Shown here: positions 38,131 to 49,368 of the stretch, one piece after another
Layout of the letters: each line of letters starts with the position of its first letter
Numbering within the stretch: the first letter of the stretch is position 1
Virus record (IMG/VR): IMGVR_UViG_3300030060_003974
Location: 1-64,000 of that record
Origin: an uncultured virus (IMG/VR IMGVR_UViG_3300030060_003974)
Taxonomy: Duplodnaviria; Heunggongvirae; Uroviricota; Caudoviricetes
Length of the DNA: 64,000 nt
Direction: 5' to 3' (one strand)
Position numbers and translations under genes: made by a program
Notes under the pieces: model-generated
What the model saw: only the letters and a program-made list of their open reading frames with translations
The model's database searches: none
Told to the model about the DNA's origin: nothing

Positions 38131-40296
38131 ATGGCTAATTTAAAAGATAAAAATTTCTGGTCAGTCAGAGGTGAAAAAAGTGTAGCGGATACACAAATAG
38201 ACTGGAGTACAGTATCTAAAGATATAACTACAACTTTAGAAACAATTCGTGATGAAAGAGCTTCAGCCAAACAAGCTATAGAAGATTCTACCAATGAGAT
38301 GATGAAAGAGTTGATGAAAGGTGAAGACATCAACAACGCTACATTATCTACAGCATTAATTGACGGAGGGCAGAGTGGAGCTGACGCTTTACAAGTTCAA
38401 TTTGACTTACTGAAAAAAGGTTTAATAAAGCCAAAAGATTATAAAATCTTTATGCAGAAACAACAGAACGCATATACTAACCTTAAAAATGTTGTTACTA
38501 ACTGGGATGCGTGGGATACTAAATCTAAAGAAAGATTAGCTATCGACCCTGCTACTGGGCTTCAACTTGCCTCACAACTAGAACAAGATTTTAACATAAG
38601 TACTTCAGCTTTTGGAAACATGGAAAACGTAAAGTTTATACCAACTGAAGATGGGGGTATGGAGGCTGTTAGGTTTATATACGATGAAGATACAAAACAA
38701 TACGTAATGCCTGATAGGGACACGAACCCTGAAAACTTTATGAATCCTAATGTTATTGGTGCAAGACAAAGATTTGAAATGAATACCACTGACATTACGA
38801 CTTCAATGAAAAAACAAACTGACGCTTTAGGTACATTTTTAAGAGAAGAGCAAATACGTTCTGGTAGAATATTTCAATCTGTAGAAGACTTTAAAGATTC
38901 TCCTAGTTATTTAACAGCAAAAGAAGACGCTATAAAAGCATTATCTACTACTGATTTACAGAAAGCCAATATAGCTGGTCAAATGGGTTATAGGTTTGCA
39001 ATGAGTGAAGCTCAAAAAACCAAAATGATTAGCGAAGGAGTAGACGCAAGTAAAATTATTATGTATTCTTCTAACGATGGAAGGCCTAATTTTAAAGATG
39101 ATGCATTTGATAATGTGGGTATAGAAGAGTTTTTAGGAAATAGATTTGATTCTCAATTAACAGATACATTAAAATTAGAAAAAGGTATCGACCCAATAAA
39201 GCCAACATCTACTGAAACTCAATTAGAAGAACTAGATAAGCTAAAAGGTACAACCATAAAAGATTACAACAAAATATTGACTTCAGACAACTTACCAGAT
39301 GTTCAAGCAAGTTTAGAAGGATTAATAGAAAGTCATAACCAAGGAGTAACAGATAGTGGAAAAGGAAAAACTATTGTTGGATACAACTTAACTGATTCAG
39401 AAATCATATTTAAGTATTCTGATGGTAGTTCAAGTGATCCTATTGAAAGAGTAGACCTTGGGCCTGATGGAGAATTAGGAACAGATGACGATACAGATGT
39501 CGATATTCAGTCGCAAATATATGCTATAAGTGAAGCTCTTACGCCAGATGTGTTTAGGAACTCTACAGAAGTAAGTGATTGGATTAGTGAAAATAATTTT
39601 GAAGTAGGAGAGCAAAGAAGAATAACTAGCGAACAAGCGGATGCTATATTTGTTTCAGAAGACGATAATGATAAAAAGATTGTGCAAGAAGCCAAAGAGA
39701 GATTACAAAATAGAGATGAAAACCCGATTCAAAATCCTACATCTGATCAGATTAAAAAAGAAATTATGAGGTTTGGAAAAGATGCCTATGAAGTAGACCT
39801 TGGAGGTACTGAACCATTTACTATGGATGACGCAACAGGAAGTGCGGATGATTTCTCTGGAGGTATAGTTACACCTAATGAAGACACCATAATGAATATG
39901 ACCGCTGGAATCAATGAGAATCTTGGAGATATAAACGCTTCACTATTACAAGCTGTTAACAGTATGTTCCCGCAAGAGATGATAGACTACATGAATGATA
40001 ATGGCTTCCCTATATCCATAAGTTTGAGTGAAGAAGGTTATTCTGATAAAGATGCTAATCAAATAAAAGACGGAAATGTAGATATAGTTATAACAATAGG
40101 TGATGAAGAGTATAGAATTACACAGGAAGATGCGAAAGAAAAATACGCTAGTGATGACATATCTAATGTTCCTTTTTATTCTATAATGAAAGACATAGAA
40201 AAAACTATTGTTAGAAATACTTATAACAAAGTAAACAAAAAAAGAGGGAAGAAAACTCAAAAAGGTAACATAGGTGGAAAACCTAAAGGATATTAA
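38131..40296 (+). CDS. Internal virion / ejection protein 2 (721 aa)
   Basis: Position and size; helical and acidic. Confidence 0.6.
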   Translation: MANLKDKNFWSVRGEKSVADTQIDWSTVSKDITTTLETIRDERASAKQAIEDSTNEMMKELMKGEDINNATLSTALIDGGQSGADALQVQFDLLKKGLIKPKDYKIFMQKQQNAYTNLKNVVTNWDAWDTKSKERLAIDPATGLQLASQLEQDFNISTSAFGNMENVKFIPTEDGGMEAVRFIYDEDTKQYVMPDRDTNPENFMNPNVIGARQRFEMNTTDITTSMKKQTDALGTFLREEQIRSGRIFQSVEDFKDSPSYLTAKEDAIKALSTTDLQKANIAGQMGYRFAMSEAQKTKMISEGVDASKIIMYSSNDGRPNFKDDAFDNVGIEEFLGNRFDSQLTDTLKLEKGIDPIKPTSTETQLEELDKLKGTTIKDYNKILTSDNLPDVQASLEGLIESHNQGVTDSGKGKTIVGYNLTDSEIIFKYSDGSSSDPIERVDLGPDGELGTDDDTDVDIQSQIYAISEALTPDVFRNSTEVSDWISENNFEVGEQRRITSEQADAIFVSEDDNDKKIVQEAKERLQNRDENPIQNPTSDQIKKEIMRFGKDAYEVDLGGTEPFTMDDATGSADDFSGGIVTPNEDTIMNMTAGINENLGDINASLLQAVNSMFPQEMIDYMNDNGFPISISLSEEGYSDKDANQIKDGNVDIVITIGDEEYRITQEDAKEKYASDDISNVPFYSIMKDIEKTIVRNTYNKVNKKRGKKTQKGNIGGKPKGY

Positions 40297-40298
40297 TT

Positions 40299-43200
40299 AT
40301 GGAGGAAAGATTAAAAAAGCTGTATGAAAATGCTTTAAAGTATTTCGATTTACCAGAGTATGAGCAGTTTGCTGTAGACATGCAAGATGCTGAAAAAATG
40401 GAGAGACTTAGAGATAATATGGTAGAGCATTATGATATGCCGCCCATAGAACAAATGCTCCAAGATTTTGGGGTTGAAAAAAAAAATCCCGATGGCGTTC
40501 CTGTCGTACCTGGTGGGCCTGGTTCACCAGACGCTCCATCAAATTTCAATCCAGATCAGGAAGATACGGAATCTCCTACCACACCCCAAGAAACACCACC
40601 TTCATCGGATACTGGAAGCGAAGAAATAATTGAAGAAGAAGTTATTCCTGTTGAAGAGGAAGCTCCAGTGGAAGAAGTGGAAGAAGAAGGTCTGTTTGAT
40701 ACTATCACTATAGATAATGTCGGAGAAGCTCCTGTAATAGCAGGAGGTTTTAACCCGCAAGGAGAGCGATTAACTGCAATAGAAAAATATTTAGGCTATA
40801 ACGATGTAACTGATTTTTTTGGAGACATGTATCGTGCTTCTGAAGTAGGTGCAGCACAAGCTGACGCTGTTGATGAGTACATGGCTTTAGCAACTAAATC
40901 AGCTGAAAATGTTACCGCTAGCGATATAGAAGATTACTTAAGAGTTTTGGAAAAACTTGAGAATCAGCCTGAATCTAAAGAAATGGAACAGTTTAGAAGA
41001 GTCTCTGCAGCTAACGGAGGTGGGTTTATGGGTATGATGGTCGGTCTAATGCAAAACTTTTCTATTGCTCCAGCTGTAATGATACAATCTATTCGAAGTA
41101 TGATGAATGCTTATTCACTAGCTACAGGAGGTGTAAGTGCAGTAGCGGTAGGAAAAGCTTCGGCAGCAGCCAGTGCTGGTTTAGCTTCAGCAGCCGCTTC
41201 ATGGACAGGGCCTGGTGCGGCAGCCGCAGGTGCTTTAGGGGGATTAATAGGTGGAACTGCAGGAGCTATCGGAGGATTTATTGGAGGAGCAACAACTGCT
41301 TTAGAAGGCGCACTATCTTTTGGAGAATTTTTTAAAGAAGAAATGGAAAGGCAAGACCTTCCAATAAACGCTGAGAGTGTTAGAGAAATTTTAAACCAGC
41401 CAGCCACTATGTCTAGAGTTAGAAACAGAGCTTTAGCTAGAGGTTTTACTATTGGTGGAGTAGAAGCGTTGACATTTGGCTTATCAAAAGGTGCGGTTAC
41501 AGGAATAGCAAAAGTAGGAACACAAGGAGTAAAAACAGGAATATTAAAAGGAACTATAAAAGGAACTAAAGCAATTCAAGCTAGTAATATTTCGGCTGGA
41601 ATTGCAGCTTATACTATAGAAGCAGGAGGTGGTTCATTAGGTGAGGTGTTAGGTAGAGTGGCGGCAGACCAAGAAATGGATGAAATAGATATCTTTTTAG
41701 AAGGTATTGCTGGAACATCTACAGCGCCAATATCTTTAGCATCAGGTTTATTAAAAGTTCCTAAATATAAAATTAATGGTCAACTGGCTACTCAAGCTGA
41801 CATAGATGCTTTAGTTAAAAAAGTAGAAGATGGAGGGATGACAATGGAAGAATTAGCCTCTCCTGAGTTAAACATTGAGGTTTTTAATGATCCTGCTAGG
41901 AAAAAAATTATTACTGACGCAAGGTCATATGCAAAACTAGGATTAGAGTTAGACCCTAACATTACAGAGTTTGCTGATAAGAAATTAGCTATAGATTTAG
42001 AGTACAAGAAAAGAGCAATTAAAAATCCAGATTTAGAAACATCAAAAGAAACTATTAAAAAAATTGATAAAGTATTAAAAGCTATATCAAATAAATACAA
42101 CGGAACATTAGATGCGGAAGCAAAAGCAGAATTAATAAAAGAAGGTGTGGAAAATCCCACCCCAGAACAAATAAAAGAAAAATCAGATGCCATTTTTAAG
42201 CAAGTCACAGAGAGCGTGGATGTACAAAAACTTACCACAGGTCGCAGCAAAGTGGGAAAGAGAGACGAATCCGAACAAGAAACTACCGAACAAGGTCAGG
42301 AAAAGACCGAAGCTGAAGTTGCCGAGACAGAGAAGACGGAAGTAACAGATCAAGATGCTATAGACGCATTGAACGAAGAAGGTATTACCGACCCTACAGA
42401 CAAACAAGTAACCGACAAGAAACAATCTTTACAAGTAGAAGTCGATAAACTAGAAGAGCAAAAAGAACCAGCCATGCAGCGTAATGAGTCTACAGAAACT
42501 GAGACCACTACTAAGGATGGTTCTAAAATTAAAGTTGCAGTAGAAAAGGTTATGGATAATTTATTTAATTATCAAGGAAAACCTATAACAAATAAAGTAG
42601 CAAGAGTAGCTTATAATAAAACAGTTAATATAGCAAAAAGAGCAGCTAAAGCTGTAAAAAAGATACTTCCTGAGACTAAAATAGTTTTAGTTGAAGACCC
42701 TGATACTTTTACATTACTTACAGGTAAACCAGATGCTGCGGGTGAATATTCCGTAGCTGACAATACAATATATATTAACACCTCAAAGGCCACTACAGCC
42801 ACTATAGCTCACGAAGTAGGGCATGCTGCATTTATACAAGCTCTTAAAAAAAGTGAAAAAAATATTACTGGAGTAACAACTAGAATGTTTGAGTCTTTAA
42901 GAAAGTCTAAAGCTTTAGATAAAATTAGCGTAACCTATACAGATGTTAGAACAGGTAAAAAAGTTAAGGAAAGTTTACAGGATTATTTAAATAAGTTCGC
43001 TGAACAATACGAATCTAATTTACAAAATGAAGAAAAATTAATGGAAGCTATAGGTTTTTTAGCTGGTAACTTTTCAAGGTTAGATATAAAAGAACAGGGT
43101 ACTGTAAGAAAGTTTGTAAACAAAATTCTTAAAGCTTTAAAATTAGATAGATTTGTAAACGAAGTAACTAAAACAGATAAACAAATTGTGCAATTTATGA

Positions 43201-46200
43201 ATGCTATTGCAGGAAAAGTTGCATCAGGTACTGAGTTGACTACAGAGGACTTATCTATATTAAAAGAAATAGAAAAAGAAGTGGCTGCTGAAGAAAAATC
43301 TGCTCCTAAAAAGAAAGCACCTAAAAAGAAAGCACCTAAAAAGAAAGTGCCTAAGAAGAAAGCACCATCCAAAAAAACTCCTAAGCCAAAGGCAAAACCA
43401 AAAGCTACTACTAAAAAAGCAGTAAGAGGACAGCAAGAGGAAGAGGCGGTTGTCGAAAAACCAACACAAACTGAATTACAGTTTGAGGAAGATTTGTCTG
43501 AAACAGGAACAGCTGCTGTAGGAAACCCTACAGAAATAGCTAATCCAGAACAAGAGCTGCAGAATAAGATTAATGATATTGAAATAGAAAGAGATGGAGA
43601 TATTGAAATGGTACAAGAAGAAATAAGTTCAGTAAAGATAGATTTAAAAAATGATTTAAAAAAACCTGGCCTTACTAAAATTGAAAAATTAGAACTTAGA
43701 GAAGATGCAAAAGCAACTCTTGATGACCTTAAATTTGATATAAGTGAAATAAAAGCTGAGGCTAGAAAAGCAATAACTCAAGCCAAAAAAGACGCAAAGA
43801 AAGGAATAAGCGATAGAAGTCAAATAAACTTCAAACAAAGCTATGATATGTCATTAGTAAAACCATCAGATAAAATAGACATAAACTCTCTTATAAAAGA
43901 TATACAAAATAAAAAACAGAAAGTTTGGTTCTGGACAGCCGATCAGCTTGGTGCAGGTATGGTAGACGGGCAGATGATGGATGCTGGCCCGAGCTATGCT
44001 TTACAGCCAGAAAACAGAGAAAAAGGTATTATATGGGCTGCTTCAAAGTCCCCTAAATTAATTAATGACAAAATAAAAGAATCAGATTATATTTTTATAA
44101 TGAGTGGTTCTCCAACAAAATCTCAACTGTTTAATAAAAAAGTATATGATGCTTTTGTAAATAAACTAGGAGACTTCAATGTATTTAAAAAAGAAGTACT
44201 TGGTATGAAAAAAGTAGTTGGAGTTGTTAAGAATATTTTAAACAAACATGAGGGGTGGGCTTCATTAAGAAGAAGCCCTGAAAGAAAGGCTTTTTTAAAT
44301 GCTCTAGTAAATCAATTTGATAAAAAAGGTACAGAATTAAAATTACTTTTAGAAAAACAAAATGCTGTAATAGATTTAAATAAATTTAGAGATGGCTTCT
44401 ATAAGGCAAACAACTTTGGCATGAATGATATTATGCTAGTTTTAAAACCAACTAAAGCTGGTGGTCAGTCTCAACATTCTACTTATGGTACTGATATTTT
44501 AGGAGAGGTAGTAGGTGTTCCTGACAGAAAAGTAAACGCATTCAATATAATGCCTGCAGAACTAAGAGCTAAATATGAAAGACCATTAACTTTATCGGAA
44601 CAATCTCAAGCTGTAGCTCCTTATGGTATTGGTGTAAGAGATGTGGAGTTAACTGAAAGACAGCAAAAAAACTTTGCAAGGTTTATTGATAACTACCAAA
44701 TTAATGAAAGAGGATTTATGCCATCTACGGTATTTGACGTAGGAAGATTAAAAAGAGAAGCAAAGGAATTTGGATATGGTGTAAGAGTCGCAAGATACAG
44801 AGAGGGGTATAGAGCTGGAGAAATATCTGGGTATTACTTAACTAAAGGTGGTAAATTCTTTAATCCTCGTGCTAGATATCAAATGATAGATTCTAACAAT
44901 CCTATTGAGGTTGTTGTTGATGCTAGAAAAAACAAAATATCAGACGCAGCTATAAAAATAAAGCTTAGAGCAGATGGGTTAACCACCTCTCAAATAGCTG
45001 CAGCTTTAGAAAACGCTGAACTTTTTGCAGACATAAGCACTCAAGTGCCTTCAGCCTTTTTAATTTTAGGTGATAAGGTTGGAAGAAAAGTATATAAACG
45101 TGTAGTTGACTTTGTACAAAAAACAAATATAGAAAACGCTAAAAAGAAATACAGAATAAGCGATGCAGAAATGGCTGCTATAGCTGATAAAAAAGAAAAG
45201 GCGTTAAGAAAAAAAGCTAAATTAAAATCTCCTGATACAATTAAAGATGAGATAGCTGACTTTACAGCAAGGATGAAAAAGAAAAATCCAAAGCTTACTC
45301 AAGATGAATTGAATGAGTTGGCTGTAAAAAAAGCTAATGATATAAATAGAGTAGAAGAGAAGAAGCTTAATACAGTTAACAAAGCCATGAGAAAGTTTCG
45401 TGAAGACCAGGTTAAAAGAAATAACTCTAAACCAGCTAAACTAACAAAGGCAGAAATTATTGATCAAGCCATAGAGGTTTTACAAACTGACCCTGCTTAC
45501 ATAGATGCTGCAGGTAAAGTAGAAGGTAAGTCAGACTTACAAAGTCTAATGGTGGATCAGCTAATTGTGGCGCTGTCTACCAAAGCTGCGCTTGATACTA
45601 ACACCAAGGTTGAACAAGCTAAACAAAGAATAAAAAAACAAACTAAAGGTAAGGTTAAGATAAACACTAAGAAAGATTTATTTTATACACAAACTCAGTT
45701 AATTAATTTAATTAAGAAAACCATACCAGCTGCTCAGTTTAACAAGAAGCAAGTTAAAGACCTTATGGCTAAGGTAAGAGATTTAGTGAAGCCAGGGATA
45801 AATGTAGAACAAATATTTGACGAGGTTGTTGCTGAAATAAACACTATCAATAGTAAAATTTTACAACAAGAAATGACTGGTATACTAACTAAAAAGTATG
45901 AGAGTAAAAGTGGTGGTGTAACTAAAGCAAAACAGATAATAGGTGATGTAGCGGCTAGAATCAAAAACATACTTAAAAACTCTTTAGTAGAAGAAAATAA
46001 AAACTTAGACCTAGCTGAATTAGACAACCAGGTGACTAAGAAAAATGCTCAGCTTCAAGATAGGATGAATGAATTAGAGGCTGAAATAAAAGGTACTCCA
46101 GAAAACGTTGAGGAGCTTGTAAACGAGATGGCTGATATACAATTAGCTATGATGATTAACAGCACTTTAACTTTAGAAGACAGCTCTACAGCTAAAGTAC

Positions 46201-48965
46201 AAGAGTTAAGCGCTATATTACAAAACTTAGATGAGTTGCTAATAGATGGTAATACACAATTAAAACTTGCTAAACAAGCTCAGTATCAAGCCCATCTTGA
46301 AAATATCAATGCGGCATATGAAGCTATTACAGGGGAGAAATTAGATTTAGGTATAAAAGAAAACATAGAAAAGGCTAAGAAAAAAATTGCTGAGACTAAA
46401 ACACAGAAAGAACAAAATGCTTCTAAGATATTTTTACTTAGTAGAATGATGAGTACAATAGCTTCAGGGTTAAGCTACTTCCGTGATGCTACTTCAGGTC
46501 TTTCATTATTGATGGAGAAAATTGATGTACTTCCTGGTGAATTGTTTGGTGGGGTGATGCAAGATTTAGTGTACGAAAAAATAAACGAATCTAGTTATGC
46601 TTTTAAACAGTTTCAGATTGATAATCAAAAAATGTTAGAAGACAAAGCTATTGAATTATTTGTAGACCCTAGGTTCTTAGGTATCAAGAAACCCTCATTT
46701 ATAAAAAGAAGACAGGCTCGTAACGCTTTGCGAGACATGAATATTCCTGCTAATAAAAAAGGAGGGTTACTAGGTAGGGCTGGAAGGAAACTAAGATCTA
46801 TGTTTACTAGAGCGGGTGCAAAAGAAATTTATACCACTTTTACTAAAGGAGTTAGAAGAGATGCTGATGGTAACCCTATATTTAGAGACCAAGCTGCTGT
46901 TGACCAGGCGTTAGCTGATTATAAAAATGCTACAGGATTTTTTAACAGACTGCGTAAGAAAGCCATACTAAGAGGGGTGATGGATAAAAACGTAATTGAT
47001 TTAAGTGATGGACAAACTTATTATTTATACAATCAATACAAAGACCCTCGTAATCATATAAATTTTGAAAACTCTCCAGATATTGGGAAGGATCATGCTC
47101 GTATTATGCAACAGCTTGAGGAGTCTATGTCAGATGAATTAAAAGCTTGGGCTGACTGGCAAGTGAATGAGCTTTATCCTTTTCTATATACAAGATATAA
47201 CAGAGTGTTTAAGAAATTATACCACACTAATTTAAACTGGAATAGATACTATGCAGGTAGATTATATTTAGATGGAGTAGAAAGAGATGCTGTAAACTTA
47301 ACAGGTAAACCTAATATTTATAAAAAAGATGGTGTTACAAGCGCATCTATGTTTGATAGAGTCCACCATAATAATGCTATTGAACTAGCAAATGGTAATG
47401 ATGTGTTGTCTACATACTTGACTGATATGGATTGGTTTGCTGCTTACGGAGAAAGTATAAACGAAATTAGTAAGATGTTTGGTAATTCAGTTATAGCTGG
47501 CGCAATAAAAGCTAAAGAAGGAAAATTCTTTTACGATACTGTTATTAAAATTATAGATGAAATAGCAGGTAGAGGAATACAAGCTTCAGGAGCAAATAAA
47601 TTTATTAACGTAACAAATAACTTCTTCTTAACTACACGATTAGCTTTAACACCAATTCTTGCAATAAAACAATTATTATCTACGGTAACGTATGTAGGAG
47701 ATATTGGTGTAGTAAACTGGTTAAAATACGCAGGTATGATGACAGCAAACACTCTAACTTTTGGAAAGTTCGGTAAAGGTTTTGCGGGAGCTGCAAAAGA
47801 AATATTTGCAAACTCACCGTACATGAAAGACAGATACAGTGCAGGATTCCAAAGAACACTAGAGGCTTATGATGGAACAAAAGAAACAAGATTAGTAGGA
47901 TCGAGTGGTCAATCGTATCTACAGTTTGTTATGGACTTTAACTTATTTTTCTCAAAGCTGGGTGATGCTGGAGCGATATTCTTAGGTGGTATTCCTAACT
48001 ATTTGTACTTTAAAGAACAGGCTCGTAAGACTAACCCTGATGCTACAGAACAAGAAATTATTGATATTGCAATAAAGCAGTTTCAAAGAAACACTAAAAA
48101 TACTCAGCAGTCTTCAGACCTTCAAGATAAAGATATTTACCAAATGGGAGGTAGCGCCTTAAGGTATTTAAATATGTTTAAAACATCTCCTAAACAATAT
48201 TTAAGAAACTCTATGTATTCACAGATACAATTAGGTAGAAAAATTGGAGCTGCAACCAAAGCAATATTCCAAGGTAAAAATCCCTTAACAGCGATGAGTC
48301 AAGCAGGAAAAGGAACATTTGCAGAAAACTTAAGAAACTGGTTCTTATACCACGTTACAATGCCTGTTAGTTTCCAGTACGTAAGTATGGGATTGCCTGG
48401 TTTATTAAAGCCAGAGTTTGATGATGAAGATATTAATGATTTAGCTAGAGCTGCTGTATTAGGTAATGTAAATGCTGTATTTATTTTAGGTGACTTAATT
48501 AAAGCAGCTACAGATTTAACGATAGGAGGAAAAAGATATGGTGAAGATGCAGGTATCAATTTACCTATCTATGAGCTGTATGAAAACTTTGGTAAAAACT
48601 ATGTAAAAATGATAACTGTAAAAGACCCTCAATTAAAATATTTCTATGCTGTAAAAGCTTTTGCTGGTATAGGAGACATGGTAGGTCTTCCAGGATCAAA
48701 AGGAGTTCAACTGTTCCATCATTTAGATAAAATAAGTAATGGACGAATAAGTAATAATGAAAAGTTAATGAGAGCTTTAGGATTTAGCGAGTATATAGTA
48801 AAGCAAAGTTTCCCACAAGAAGAAAAACCACCTGTAGGGTTAACTAACAAAGAAAAAAGAGAGTGGAAAATAAAACAAGAACGAAAGAAAAGTGGTAAAG
48901 GCCCAGTCTTAACTAATAGGGAAAAAAGAGAAAAGAAAATGAGAGAAAAAAAGAAAAGAAAATAA
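40299..48965 (+). CDS. Giant ejection / polyvalent protein (2888 aa) with zincin-like HExxH motif
   Basis: Gly/Ala membrane-like segment; TIYIN..TIAHEVGHA at 42810-42824; PKKKA repeats; long helical C-terminus. Confidence 0.75.
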   Translation: MEERLKKLYENALKYFDLPEYEQFAVDMQDAEKMERLRDNMVEHYDMPPIEQMLQDFGVEKKNPDGVPVVPGGPGSPDAPSNFNPDQEDTESPTTPQETPPSSDTGSEEIIEEEVIPVEEEAPVEEVEEEGLFDTITIDNVGEAPVIAGGFNPQGERLTAIEKYLGYNDVTDFFGDMYRASEVGAAQADAVDEYMALATKSAENVTASDIEDYLRVLEKLENQPESKEMEQFRRVSAANGGGFMGMMVGLMQNFSIAPAVMIQSIRSMMNAYSLATGGVSAVAVGKASAAASAGLASAAASWTGPGAAAAGALGGLIGGTAGAIGGFIGGATTALEGALSFGEFFKEEMERQDLPINAESVREILNQPATMSRVRNRALARGFTIGGVEALTFGLSKGAVTGIAKVGTQGVKTGILKGTIKGTKAIQASNISAGIAAYTIEAGGGSLGEVLGRVAADQEMDEIDIFLEGIAGTSTAPISLASGLLKVPKYKINGQLATQADIDALVKKVEDGGMTMEELASPELNIEVFNDPARKKIITDARSYAKLGLELDPNITEFADKKLAIDLEYKKRAIKNPDLETSKETIKKIDKVLKAISNKYNGTLDAEAKAELIKEGVENPTPEQIKEKSDAIFKQVTESVDVQKLTTGRSKVGKRDESEQETTEQGQEKTEAEVAETEKTEVTDQDAIDALNEEGITDPTDKQVTDKKQSLQVEVDKLEEQKEPAMQRNESTETETTTKDGSKIKVAVEKVMDNLFNYQGKPITNKVARVAYNKTVNIAKRAAKAVKKILPETKIVLVEDPDTFTLLTGKPDAAGEYSVADNTIYINTSKATTATIAHEVGHAAFIQALKKSEKNITGVTTRMFESLRKSKALDKISVTYTDVRTGKKVKESLQDYLNKFAEQYESNLQNEEKLMEAIGFLAGNFSRLDIKEQGTVRKFVNKILKALKLDRFVNEVTKTDKQIVQFMNAIAGKVASGTELTTEDLSILKEIEKEVAAEEKSAPKKKAPKKKAPKKKVPKKKAPSKKTPKPKAKPKATTKKAVRGQQEEEAVVEKPTQTELQFEEDLSETGTAAVGNPTEIANPEQELQNKINDIEIERDGDIEMVQEEISSVKIDLKNDLKKPGLTKIEKLELREDAKATLDDLKFDISEIKAEARKAITQAKKDAKKGISDRSQINFKQSYDMSLVKPSDKIDINSLIKDIQNKKQKVWFWTADQLGAGMVDGQMMDAGPSYALQPENREKGIIWAASKSPKLINDKIKESDYIFIMSGSPTKSQLFNKKVYDAFVNKLGDFNVFKKEVLGMKKVVGVVKNILNKHEGWASLRRSPERKAFLNALVNQFDKKGTELKLLLEKQNAVIDLNKFRDGFYKANNFGMNDIMLVLKPTKAGGQSQHSTYGTDILGEVVGVPDRKVNAFNIMPAELRAKYERPLTLSEQSQAVAPYGIGVRDVELTERQQKNFARFIDNYQINERGFMPSTVFDVGRLKREAKEFGYGVRVARYREGYRAGEISGYYLTKGGKFFNPRARYQMIDSNNPIEVVVDARKNKISDAAIKIKLRADGLTTSQIAAALENAELFADISTQVPSAFLILGDKVGRKVYKRVVDFVQKTNIENAKKKYRISDAEMAAIADKKEKALRKKAKLKSPDTIKDEIADFTARMKKKNPKLTQDELNELAVKKANDINRVEEKKLNTVNKAMRKFREDQVKRNNSKPAKLTKAEIIDQAIEVLQTDPAYIDAAGKVEGKSDLQSLMVDQLIVALSTKAALDTNTKVEQAKQRIKKQTKGKVKINTKKDLFYTQTQLINLIKKTIPAAQFNKKQVKDLMAKVRDLVKPGINVEQIFDEVVAEINTINSKILQQEMTGILTKKYESKSGGVTKAKQIIGDVAARIKNILKNSLVEENKNLDLAELDNQVTKKNAQLQDRMNELEAEIKGTPENVEELVNEMADIQLAMMINSTLTLEDSSTAKVQELSAILQNLDELLIDGNTQLKLAKQAQYQAHLENINAAYEAITGEKLDLGIKENIEKAKKKIAETKTQKEQNASKIFLLSRMMSTIASGLSYFRDATSGLSLLMEKIDVLPGELFGGVMQDLVYEKINESSYAFKQFQIDNQKMLEDKAIELFVDPRFLGIKKPSFIKRRQARNALRDMNIPANKKGGLLGRAGRKLRSMFTRAGAKEIYTTFTKGVRRDADGNPIFRDQAAVDQALADYKNATGFFNRLRKKAILRGVMDKNVIDLSDGQTYYLYNQYKDPRNHINFENSPDIGKDHARIMQQLEESMSDELKAWADWQVNELYPFLYTRYNRVFKKLYHTNLNWNRYYAGRLYLDGVERDAVNLTGKPNIYKKDGVTSASMFDRVHHNNAIELANGNDVLSTYLTDMDWFAAYGESINEISKMFGNSVIAGAIKAKEGKFFYDTVIKIIDEIAGRGIQASGANKFINVTNNFFLTTRLALTPILAIKQLLSTVTYVGDIGVVNWLKYAGMMTANTLTFGKFGKGFAGAAKEIFANSPYMKDRYSAGFQRTLEAYDGTKETRLVGSSGQSYLQFVMDFNLFFSKLGDAGAIFLGGIPNYLYFKEQARKTNPDATEQEIIDIAIKQFQRNTKNTQQSSDLQDKDIYQMGGSALRYLNMFKTSPKQYLRNSMYSQIQLGRKIGAATKAIFQGKNPLTAMSQAGKGTFAENLRNWFLYHVTMPVSFQYVSMGLPGLLKPEFDDEDINDLARAAVLGNVNAVFILGDLIKAATDLTIGGKRYGEDAGINLPIYELYENFGKNYVKMITVKDPQLKYFYAVKAFAGIGDMVGLPGSKGVQLFHHLDKISNGRISNNEKLMRALGFSEYIVKQSFPQEEKPPVGLTNKEKREWKIKQERKKSGKGPVLTNREKREKKMREKKKRK
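43305..43367 (+). repeat. 15-bp tandem repeat (about 4 copies) encoding PKKKA
   Basis: cctaaaaagaaagca units seen directly. Confidence 0.8.
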
Positions 48966-49213
48966 TGTCACAGTTTGATGAGCATAAATGTATGGATCAA
49001 AGCTATCAGGTAATTACTGGTAGAAAATCTTTTGAAGACCTTTTAGAAGAAGAGGAAGATGTGGCTCTTATGTTTAATCCTACCCGACCAATTATAGTAA
49101 TGGTAGATGATATCTACGACATACTAATAGATTACTTCGCCTCAATTGAGGAGTATGAAAAATGTCAAGAAATTTTAGATATAAAAAATTTAGCAAAGGC
49201 GATTCAAGAGTGA
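48965..49213 (+). CDS. Acidic hypothetical protein (82 aa)
   Basis: ORF track; EEYEKCQEI motif; coupled to the giant gene. Confidence 0.7.
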   Translation: MSQFDEHKCMDQSYQVITGRKSFEDLLEEEEDVALMFNPTRPIIVMVDDIYDILIDYFASIEEYEKCQEILDIKNLAKAIQE

Positions 49214-49368
49214 AATATTCTAGGCCTTCTTACTTTGATGAGGTCTATCGAAGCTATTGATCTGTTACGCATATATTGCTCTATAGACTTATCAATGTCA
49301 TCAGTTCTTAATTCTACAGAATCTTTAGTCCCATCTGTCAAAGTATATTTTACTAGGTAAGTTTTCAT
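49204..49368 (-). CDS. Hypothetical protein (54 aa, MKTYLVKYTLTDG...)
   Basis: Hand-translated; ATG directly follows the stop of 49369..50460. Confidence 0.6.
   Translation of the reverse strand: MKTYLVKYTLTDGTKDSVELRTDDIDKSIEQYMRNRSIASIDLIKVRRPRIFHS

Noticed and set aside
2106..48559. Many antisense or nested ORFs in the track (e.g. 2106..2630, 12747..13145, 15389..15856, 41792..42250)
   Set aside because: They are shadows of long + strand genes, with no independent start signals or motifs.
40299..48965. Giant protein as a crAss- or N4-like virion RNA polymerase
   Set aside because: No catalytic DxDxD or T7-type motif was recognised, and host-type promoters explain transcription.
49230..49310. 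TGATGAG / CTGATGA strings near the strand-convergence point as another hammerhead
   Set aside because: No stem II-GAAA-stem III arrangement could be built, and they lie within a small ORF.
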